DNA of 64,000 nucleotides from Macrostomum lignano (Eukaryota): NCBI GenBank assembly GCA_002269645.1, contig NIVC01002541.1, positions 62,001 to 126,000 of the forward strand, read 5' to 3'. Shown piece by piece: positions 1 to 7,863 of this stretch (position 1 is its first letter; each line of letters starts with the position of its first letter). The notes under the pieces were generated by a model. It saw only the letters and a program-made list of their open reading frames with translations, ran no database searches and was not told where the DNA came from. The position numbers and the translations under genes were made by a program.

Positions 1-1
1 C

Positions 2-937
2 AGATGTAGCAAAGACGTTTTAGATCCTGAGGGGAAAAGGCGGACTGAGGTTGATCTTCTAGTGATTGGTAATTTACTAGAGGAGGCTCACTATGTTTGG
101 ATTAAAGATCTTTCAAGACTCATTCACAAGCAGTTGAATAATCATCACGAGGCTGTTGCCATTTGCCGCTTGTGCCTTAAGCATTACAGTGGACCTGAGC
201 GTCTTGAAAAACTAACAGAGCATGAATTATCATGTGAGGATCACCCCACGAACTGTTCTCTTCCTTCAGCTGAAGAGAAGTATCTCCGTTTTAAGAACTA
301 TCACAAAATGGAGAAGCTCCCATTTGTTGTATATGCTGATTTCGAATGCTCAATCATGCCAGAAACTCAAAAAAATGTCCCCAATTCAGTAGCATATGCC
401 TTTATTAATACAAAAGGACTTGTTGAGTATAATTATTTCATTGGAGAGCAGTGTGTGAAGCAGTTTATTGCCAGAATGTTAGAGTTGCAAAGAGTAATTA
501 GCACCCTTCAGCCTGTTCCAATAATTATGTCTGAGGAGGATGAAAGCAATTTCCTTTCAGCAACTCATTGCCACATCTGCAGGAAACAGTTAACTTGCAC
601 TGATATTAAAAACCCCACCGTTAGGGACCACTGCCACTTTACTGGGAAATTTAGAGGTGCAGCGCATAACACCTGTAATCTAAAGCTAAAATCGAACATT
701 CATGATCTAACGATATTTTGTCACAACGCAAAGAACTATGACATGCATTTAATAGTTGAAAAAATCGACATGATTCCAGACATACACCTTGATTGCATCG
801 CAGAAAACAAGGAGAAGTTTAAGTGTGTTGATATTAAACAGGATAATTTGGGTAACAGTAAAGGTAAGATAAGACAAGGATTCATATCAATTTCTAGCTG
901 CCAGTCTAGACGAACTAAGCAAGAATCTAAAAGATGA
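2..937 (+). CDS. pPolB N-terminal fragment (Zn-finger, exonuclease start, Endo VII/HNH-like insert); frame open from the window start
   Basis: HYVWIKDLSRL, CRLCLKHY, VVYADFEC, CHIC..RDHCHFTGKFRGAAHNTCNL, HNAKNYDMH. The homologous frame is lost near 875. Confidence 0.88.
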   Translation, partial: RCSKDVLDPEGKRRTEVDLLVIGNLLEEAHYVWIKDLSRLIHKQLNNHHEAVAICRLCLKHYSGPERLEKLTEHELSCEDHPTNCSLPSAEEKYLRFKNYHKMEKLPFVVYADFECSIMPETQKNVPNSVAYAFINTKGLVEYNYFIGEQCVKQFIARMLELQRVISTLQPVPIIMSEEDESNFLSATHCHICRKQLTCTDIKNPTVRDHCHFTGKFRGAAHNTCNLKLKSNIHDLTIFCHNAKNYDMHLIVEKIDMIPDIHLDCIAENKEKFKCVDIKQDNLGNSKGKIRQGFISISSCQSRRTKQESKR

Positions 938-2240
938 ACAATGTACATATACAAAGATGTTTGCAAGTAAAATTAACAACAGTGATGAATCATTTAAACT
1001 TTTAAGAAAGAAAGGCTTCTACCCCTATGAAAATATTACTGGGTATCACGTATTTGAAGAAGGTTTACCACCACAGGAAAAGTTCTTTTCAAAGCTAACA
1101 GACTCTGGCATCTCTGACAAAGACTATGAGCACGCGAAGCATGTCTATAATTACTTTAATTGTCAAAACTTCTTCCAGTATCACCTGCTTTACCTCTTCA
1201 CAGATGTGTTTCTGCTGGCTGATGTGTTTGAAACCTTCAGATGCACCTGGTACACAGCATATGGCCTCGATCCAGCACATTATGTGTCTCTCCCTGCCAC
1301 TAGCTGGGAATCTTTGCTTAAAATGAAATGGGATCAAGATCCAGATTGGTACATTGAACTTCTTACAGACATTGACATGTACAATTTTGTCGAATCGTCA
1401 AAGCGAGGGGGGATCTCAATTTGTGTTAACAGGTATGCAAAAGCAAACAATCCCTACATTGAATCTTACAATAAGGAGCAGCCCTCAAACTACATTACTT
1501 ACTTGGACGCTAATAATCTCTACGGGTGGGCGATGAGTCAAGATCTTCCAGTTAGAGATTTTCGATGGCTACTCGTATCAGAATTCAAATGGGACTTTTC
1601 ATTGGCTGCCATTTATGAGGTTGATGTTTACATTCCACCAGAGCTTCACGACTATTTCTCTGACTTTCCACCCTTCCCAGAGAACATCAAGTGCCCGAAA
1701 ATAATCGAAACTCCCTATGGAACTTGGCACCTGTCAGGAACAGAAAAAGAACATACAGAGAAACTAACACAGAATCTAAACAACAAGACACGTTACAAAA
1801 TCCATTACAAACTGCTTCAGTATTTTATCTCACTTGGTTGCAGGGTCACCAAAGTTCACAGGGCTCTTACATTTACAGAGGAAGCGTGGATGAAACCCTA
1901 CATTGATAAGAACACCCAGTTTAGGACCAAAGCAACCAACGACTTTGACAAGAACCTCTTTAAGTTGGCCAACAACTCTGTCTATGGCAAGACTCTTGAG
2001 AATGAGAGGAAAAGAACAAACCTGAAACTTGTTACCTCATCAGAGCCTGCTGTTATTCAAGCAAATATGTCAAAGCCAACATTCAAAGAACTCCATATCT
2101 TTAATAGCTACTTGGGTGTGATCATATTTTACAAAACCAAGGTGACGCTGTGCAAGCCGATCTATACAGGTGTCACTGTTCTCGACGAATCAAAACGTCT
2201 GATGTACCAGTTCTTCTATGGCATGAAGCAGCAGTACAAG
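875..2240 (+). CDS. pPolB central fragment (exonuclease end and palm)
   Basis: DSYQFLAASLDEL, RKKGFYPYE, YLFTDVFLLADVFE, RGGIS, YLDANNLYGWAM, FKLANNSVYGKT, KPIYTG (ORF track 957..2303). Confidence 0.92.
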
Positions 2241-3790
2241 CAGTGTTGGGCACTTCCGTTACCGAGTAACTTGCAAATGGTAACGCAAGTTACTTTTTCG
2301 TAAAGCGTTCCTTACGCAAGTTACTTTTTTATTTTAGTAACGGAGTAACGGTAAGTTACTCAAATTTCGGAAGTCCGTTACAGTTACTTTTCAACAATCG
2401 CCATATTTAAATTTAAAACTGAAATTCTTAGCTAGTACGCCGGTTGTCACATGTTTTTTGCATTTTTCATTCCTAAATTCAAAATTAAGTAATAGTATCA
2501 TATGGTATTGCGCTTAATTATTGAAGAAATACTTGAAACATGTTTTACTTTGTTAATTTCCGTAAAATATTTTCGCCTTTCATTTTCGATCGTTACTAAA
2601 AATTTTCTAGGTTTGATTCAAACAAAAAACCAAAGAAAGAAATTCATCTGTAGCCTCCACAAGTCCCTCCACTGGCACTGCAGTACCAAGGACGACTTAA
2701 GTAGAAGGACGGGAAACCTCGTTTCTTAGAAAAGTTTTGAAGGCACTTTTTCCCGAAAAAATACACTACGGAGATAGGAAGTTTTCATTTTTTCAGCACA
2801 AAAATTGTTATTGCGTTTGATAGGAGGCAGATCCAGTGTTCATCTTTTGATATGTTGTACCTTTTTTATTGCTCTATCGATATTTATAAAGCTTTTCGTT
2901 CAGAAAATTAGGATTCTATGTTAATTTTTTATTCTACGTATATTTTCGCGTGTCTTGTGCTTGAAATACATTAGAATGCCACGGCTCGGCTCTTTAGCTT
3001 CATGAGTCTTTTTTATAATTCTTACCCGACTGTGTAGCAAATATTTGTAACAGAGATGATAAAATAGGTTCATAAAACCAAATATTGGAGCTGTGTCATG
3101 CATTTTTGTGATTTTTAGATACAGGAAATATACGTAGAATAAAAAATTAACATAGAATCCTAATTTTCTGAACGAAAAGCTTTAAAAATATCGATAGAGC
3201 AATAAAAAAGGCACAACATATCAAAAGATGAACACTGGATCTGCCTCCTATCAAACGCAATAACAATTTTTGTGCTGAAAAAATGAAAACTTCCTATCTC
3301 CGTAGTGTATTTTTTCGGGAAAAAGTGCCTTCAAAACTTTTCTAAGAAACGAGGTTACCCGTCCTTCTACTTAAGTCGTCCTTGTGCAGTACACTAGACC
3401 ATTTTATACAGTTCTATTTATTTTACTCTATTGAATTTTTGATATTCGTTTATTTTATCATTTATAATTTTAATTATTGATTGCCATTGCCCATTGGTCC
3501 TTCTACTTGCCTCACATCGTGTCGCCAATTCCTGTCTCTGTCTGTTAATCGGTTAATCCCAATGCCCAATGGCAAATTTCGGTAACAACAATGTGAAAAA
3601 ATGTGCAATGTGAAAAAAGCAGAAAATTTTGTTAATAACATGGGTAACGGAAGTGAGTAACGGACAGTAACTTAAAAGTTACCAGGTTTTTGTCTAAAGT
3701 TACTAGGCTAACGTAAGTTACTTTTTAAAAATTGGTAACTTAAGTTACAGTAACGCAAGTTACTTTTTTTGAGTAACTTGCCCAACACTG
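2241..3790. mobile_element. Non-autonomous hAT-like DNA transposon (1,550 bp), copy 1, inside pPolB
   Basis: 12-bp TIR CAGTGTTGGGCA...TGCCCAACACTG, 8-bp TSD AGTACAAG (2233-2240 and 3791-3798), subterminal GTAAC/GTTAC repeats, no transposase. Confidence 0.93.
2687..3384. mobile_element. Nested fold-back MITE (698 bp, 259-bp inverted arms), P- or hAT-like
   Basis: Arms 2687-2945 and 3126-3384 are inverted with about 3 mismatches. Termini are CAAGG...CCTTG. 8-bp TSD TGCAGTAC (2679-2686 and 3385-3392). Confidence 0.88.
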
Positions 3791-3798
3791 AGTACAAG

Positions 3799-4323
3799 GA
3801 TAAAATGAAACTCTTGTACACCGACACAGACAGTTTTATTATGGACATTCAAACAGAAGACATTTATCAGGACATGCTGCAGCAAAAAGATTTGTTCGAC
3901 TTGTCTGAGTATGATGAATCTTTCAGGACACAGAATGGCGATCAAGTGTTTGATGCCACTAACAAGAAAGTGATTGGGAAAATGAAGGACGAGATTGCTG
4001 GTGACATAATCACTGAATTCATTGGGTTGAGAGCAAAGTCCTATTTTGTAAAATGTAAGTCGTCAGACCCAATAAAAAAATCAAAGGGAATTCCGAAACG
4101 CGTGGTTAGGAAGGAAATTAATGAAGCTGAATACAGAGACGCCTTGAGTTGCAACAAAAAGACATCACATGAGTTCTCAAAGCTACAATCCAAAAACCAT
4201 ATTATTCACACAATTCAGCAAAAGAAGATTGGACTGTCGGGTGCAGATAACAAGAGATTCATTTTTGATGACAATATTAACAGTCTACCGTTCGGGCACT
4301 GGAGGTTAGGTTTAGGAGGTTGA
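3799..4323 (+). CDS. pPolB C-terminal fragment
   Basis: YTDTDSF, IGKMKDE, EFIGLRAKSY, KSKGI, DNKRF (ORF track 3769..4323, whose first codons come from the MITE end). Confidence 0.92.
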   Translation, partial: DKMKLLYTDTDSFIMDIQTEDIYQDMLQQKDLFDLSEYDESFRTQNGDQVFDATNKKVIGKMKDEIAGDIITEFIGLRAKSYFVKCKSSDPIKKSKGIPKRVVRKEINEAEYRDALSCNKKTSHEFSKLQSKNHIIHTIQQKKIGLSGADNKRFIFDDNINSLPFGHWRLGLGG

Positions 4324-4368
4324 GATAGGGTTTAGGTTTAAGAGAAAGTTTAATAAACCTCATAAAAA

Positions 4369-4770
4369 ATGACTACAAATAACTTTCTTGAAGATTTGGC
4401 TAACGAACTGGAAATCCCAAACTTTAGAGGAATATTTATGAGGGACACTCTGCCTGATTTTCCTCTAAGAAAAGAATGCGGCATCATGAACTTTGACACC
4501 ACCGATAAGCCAGGATCTCATTGGGTTTGCTGGGTGATTGATCCCGATCGCAAGCACAAGTGTTATTACTTCGATAGCTATGGGACGGCAGTACCAGAAG
4601 AGCTAAGAAATTATATGAAGGGAAAAAATAATAAAAAAATTTATCGCTCAGACTTTATTCTCCAAGGTCTTAGCAGTGATATTTGCGGTGAGCTGTGCAT
4701 GACTGTTTTGTATGCAATGACCAAAACACGAAAGACCTACAAGGAAATTATTCTTGGCTGTGTTTCATAA
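4369..4770 (+). CDS. Adenain-like (adenovirus-type) maturation cysteine protease
   Basis: His-Asp-Cys motifs GSHWV, YYFDSYG, QGLSSDICGELC in a 133-aa protein next to pPolB. Confidence 0.9.
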   Translation: MTTNNFLEDLANELEIPNFRGIFMRDTLPDFPLRKECGIMNFDTTDKPGSHWVCWVIDPDRKHKCYYFDSYGTAVPEELRNYMKGKNNKKIYRSDFILQGLSSDICGELCMTVLYAMTKTRKTYKEIILGCVS

Positions 4771-4774
4771 GGGT

Positions 4775-5503
4775 TCATTGTGGTGCATTTCTCGTTGTCC
4801 TTCTTACCGAATTTCTTGCCGACTTTCTTTCCACATAATGTTGAAGAACTTTCTCGAGTTCATTTCTCAGCTGACTCATGTCATCAGTACCGACCATGTT
4901 CAAGTTCATTCGAATTGATTGTTCATAAAGATCCTGAATGGTTTTGAACTCATCCTCTGAAATGAACTTATCCTCGATTGCCCTTGAAATGTACCCTATG
5001 ATTGAAGTGTGCTCCCCTTTCTCTTTTACTTGCTTCTCCTGTAGCTGCTTTAGTTTTTTTCGCCTGTTTCGCGCTAATGCTCCAGTAATTGCTGAAATAG
5101 GTCCACACGCAGCACCCACAGAGCCGAGTGGGATTGCGATTGGGGCTGTGATGACTGGCAACGTTGAGACAGCCGCAGCAGATCCAGATAGAACAGACAC
5201 AGATCCTAGAATCATATTGCTGTAGTCGAAAAATTTACAGTGGCTGTCATAGCGTTTAATTTTCTTTGTGTTGTGGAAAATATTTTTTTCAAGATCATCT
5301 CGCATTTTTTGAATCTCCACTAGTCGAAACTGCTGAGAGTTACATGTAATGACGGGGTAGAGTTTTTGCTGCTCATATTGAGGTGCATTCAGATTCGGTG
5401 CCAGGCTTTGTGTGGGAGCATTCGGTGCCACTAGGTTTGGTGCTGTCGGTATTTTAGGTTCAGCGTATTGAGACTGATCGTATAGAGAATTTTGTTGGGC
5501 CAT
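4775..5503 (-). CDS. Viral accessory protein with a hydrophobic hairpin and coiled coil (putative membrane-active protein)
   Basis: 242-aa open ORF with a long Gly/Ala/Ser-rich hydrophobic segment, a basic cluster, then ISRAIEDKFISEDEF. Confidence 0.7.
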   Translation of the reverse strand: MAQQNSLYDQSQYAEPKIPTAPNLVAPNAPTQSLAPNLNAPQYEQQKLYPVITCNSQQFRLVEIQKMRDDLEKNIFHNTKKIKRYDSHCKFFDYSNMILGSVSVLSGSAAAVSTLPVITAPIAIPLGSVGAACGPISAITGALARNRRKKLKQLQEKQVKEKGEHTSIIGYISRAIEDKFISEDEFKTIQDLYEQSIRMNLNMVGTDDMSQLRNELEKVLQHYVERKSARNSVRRTTRNAPQ

Positions 5504-5555
5504 TTTTTCCCTAGAAAAAATAATAAAAATTACAACTACCCGGTTGAAAGATCTG

Positions 5556-6428
5556 TTATTTTCTCTTTGGTAATTTCATCTGCACCCCGTCGGAGCAATC
5601 CGGCGCACTCTCAAACGTCAGCCGCCCAGCCGCTGCCTGCCGGACACGCGATCCTCCGGCGTCACGAGAGCCGCCCAGACAGCCGGCGGCTGCTTCTGCG
5701 GCTCCACCGTCAGCTCGGACTCGATCTGCAGGCATGTCCGTAAAAACAATAGATTCTGCTTCATCAATAGAAATATCACGAAGATTGAGTGTTCTCTCCA
5801 GACGATCAAGCCTCCTTATTATTTTACCCCAAGAGCTATACATTCCGTTTAGATAGCTACTGTGTGATACATCGTTTCTCTCTAATGCTTCAAGTCTTTC
5901 TTTAATTCTATCATGCAACGATGTTGACTGGTTCATGAACTCTTCTAAATTATTTACTTTAACTGTGTTGGTTGCGACGTTTTCTTTAATTCTATCATGC
6001 AACGCTGTTGACTGGTTCATGAACTCTTCTAAATTATTTACTTTAGCTGTGTTTGTGAAAACTCCTCCTTCAAGAATACGCATCCGTCTATCATTGGAAT
6101 TTCCCAGAAGATTAACTGTCGATGTTAACCCATTGATTTGCGAGACTATCGAAGTTATTTCTGACCTTAGTTCATTAGTTGCGTTTAACAACGGCACATA
6201 AAGCTTATCACTTTCAAACTTCTGCCTAGCTACTTTTATGCGGAGATCTTCCATGTTTATTTGCAACTGGTGCATGGAGCGCTCTAGGGCTTTCAGTCTG
6301 TTTTTATTCAGTTTGATCTCTGGGATCTTTTCGTCGCTGTTGATATATCGCCTGTCAAGGATGGATATTTGAGCTGATGTAAGAGCGTTGTTGCCAGAAA
6401 TGGATTCACCTGCAAAATTAATAGACAT
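5556..6428 (-). CDS. Viral coiled-coil protein of unknown function; C-terminus probably altered by an insertion
   Basis: 290-aa ORF with heptad character, a 28-aa internal duplication and a GC-rich atypical tail. Confidence 0.65.
   Translation of the reverse strand: MSINFAGESISGNNALTSAQISILDRRYINSDEKIPEIKLNKNRLKALERSMHQLQINMEDLRIKVARQKFESDKLYVPLLNATNELRSEITSIVSQINGLTSTVNLLGNSNDRRMRILEGGVFTNTAKVNNLEEFMNQSTALHDRIKENVATNTVKVNNLEEFMNQSTSLHDRIKERLEALERNDVSHSSYLNGMYSSWGKIIRRLDRLERTLNLRDISIDEAESIVFTDMPADRVRADGGAAEAAAGCLGGSRDAGGSRVRQAAAGRLTFESAPDCSDGVQMKLPKRK
5585..5723. other. 139-bp GC-rich insertion flanked by the 7-bp direct repeat ATCTGCA
   Basis: About 72% GC by hand count in an AT-rich element. 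ATCTGCA occurs at 5578-5584 and 5724-5730. Confidence 0.6.
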
Positions 6429-6444
6429 CTTTTAATAGCAAATT

Positions 6445-7245
6445 TTAAATTACAGTTCTTTTTTCCTTGTTGATCATGACAAACTGATAGGGTTGGTTCC
6501 ACTTGTCATAGCAAAGATTAACGAATTCCTCTTGTGAAATCTTTCTGTTTGAGTTTTTTGTTGGATTTATAAAATAGGCAGGCGCAATGACCTCATTGTA
6601 AAATCTTTTTAGCCTGTCCTGTGGAATGGTTGGAAACAGGAGAATCAGATTGCAGTTCCCACGAATTGTTTTGTTCGGGAGCTCGAACCAGTTCTGTGCA
6701 ATGTAAATTACATTACAATTGTTATGTCGCCCTCTTGTAAAATAGTTTTCTATCTGCTTCTGTGGGCCTGTCATACAATCATCAAAGACGATCAAATGCT
6801 TTCTCCCCTTTTCTAGCTCATCTGGATGGGGTAGAAGTTTGGTCTTTGGATCCACCTGCGGATCTCCATAGGTGAACACTTTAATGTTCTGCCATTTTTC
6901 ATTGTCTTTGAGGTGCTTTGCATATTCAGCAGCTACAATTTCTGGGTTACTGGGAAGGTTTTGTTGGTTATTAAAACATTGAATAATGTCCTCTTTGTTC
7001 AGTTTGTTTTGCAATCCAGAAATCAACATTTTATACTCATCTTGATACAGTGTGGGAGAGTAGATGTGCAGAGTGTCATAGTCGATAAAGCCAGGTCTAA
7101 GAAGCATGTTAAAGACTCTGAATGTTTTACCTGAACCTGACGAACCAACAACAATGCATCTGAAGTGACTCGGGATTGACTCGTGATGAGAAAACTTAAT
7201 CTGATTACGCGTCCAGTGAGGATTGAAGTCGTTTGAAAAGTCCAT
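6445..7245 (-). CDS. A32-like (FtsK/HerA superfamily) genome-packaging ATPase
   Basis: Walker A GSSGSGKT, Walker B LIVFDD, TRGRHNNCNVIYIAQ. The probable start is the ATG at 7245; the ORF-track extension to 7425 is tandem repeat. Confidence 0.93.
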   Translation of the reverse strand: MDFSNDFNPHWTRNQIKFSHHESIPSHFRCIVVGSSGSGKTFRVFNMLLRPGFIDYDTLHIYSPTLYQDEYKMLISGLQNKLNKEDIIQCFNNQQNLPSNPEIVAAEYAKHLKDNEKWQNIKVFTYGDPQVDPKTKLLPHPDELEKGRKHLIVFDDCMTGPQKQIENYFTRGRHNNCNVIYIAQNWFELPNKTIRGNCNLILLFPTIPQDRLKRFYNEVIAPAYFINPTKNSNRKISQEEFVNLCYDKWNQPYQFVMINKEKRTVI

Positions 7246-7288
7246 TTTTTCTATGATGGAAAAAAAATTAAATAATAAATCATTTAGA

Positions 7289-7435
7289 AGATGTGTCATT
7301 TCGGGTCGTAGATGTGTCATTTTGGGTCGTAGATGTGTCATTTTGGGACTTAGATGTGTCATTTCGGGACTTAGATGTGTCATTTCGGGACTTGGATGTG
7401 TCATTTCGGGACTTAAATGTGTCATTTCGGGACTT
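7289..7435. repeat. 21-bp tandem repeat x7 (AGATGTGTCATTTCGGGACTT) upstream of the ATPase
   Basis: 147 bp equals 7 x 21, directly visible. Confidence 0.92.
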
Positions 7436-7460
7436 ATCTTGTACCCTCGGAAAGTACCCT

Positions 7461-7847
7461 TTAGTCAAATTTGAAACCACTTTCTTTTTTAATGCTAGCT
7501 CTCATCTTCTCATAGACTGCAGGGTCCACACTGTCTGGATTTGGGGCCAGCGGAGCCAGCGGGGCAAGCGGCTGAATCTCTTGTTTAGGTGTTACAGTGT
7601 CCTTTATCTTTTTGGCTGCTGTGGCTACACTGCCAGCCGCTTCGGCAACGTTCTTGATGTTCTCTTTGTTCTCTCCAATGACCTTAAAAATCTTGGCCCC
7701 CTGAGCGATTAAATCGGTAAGGCCATTCCCAGAGCGTTCTTTTCTTGGATAGTGGCCGGCAGGGAAAAGTCCAGATCCGCGTTTAATGAGATTAAGTTCC
7801 TCTTTGTCATAGTATTTGTCAATGTCTTTTTCGAAAATAAGTGGCAT
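7461..7847 (-). CDS. Small viral protein with GxG motifs and an amphipathic helix (candidate core or membrane-lytic precursor)
   Basis: 128 aa from the ATG at 7847. KRGSGL and RSGNGL are followed by LTDLIAQGAKIFKVIG. Confidence 0.65.
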   Translation of the reverse strand: MPLIFEKDIDKYYDKEELNLIKRGSGLFPAGHYPRKERSGNGLTDLIAQGAKIFKVIGENKENIKNVAEAAGSVATAAKKIKDTVTPKQEIQPLAPLAPLAPNPDSVDPAVYEKMRASIKKESGFKFD

Positions 7848-7863
7848 TTTTACTTGAAATAAA

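Larger units (their letters stand above)
2..4323 (+). pseudogene. Protein-primed family B DNA polymerase (pPolB), disrupted by a frameshift and a transposon insertion
   Basis: PolB motifs YLDANNLYG, KLANNSVYGK and YTDTDS lie in order across three ORF pieces. Removing 2241-3798 rejoins GMKQQYK-DKMKLLYTDTDS. Adding 2 nt after 874 restores IRFKDSYQFL. Confidence 0.93.

Noticed and set aside
2502-3103. Small ORFs 2502..2729 and 2921..3103 (repeated at 25194 and 25613)
   Set aside because: Chance ORFs inside the non-coding MITE; one crosses the nested insertion junction; no transposase motifs.
5585-5723. GC-rich insert as a spliceable intron
   Set aside because: The only terminal GT..AG pair I found removes 141 of 146 nt and does not restore the frame.
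7246-7425. Repetitive N-terminal extension of the ATPase
   Set aside because: Produced by the 21-bp array from a non-optimal start; the ATG at 7245 has the shared AAAAA context.
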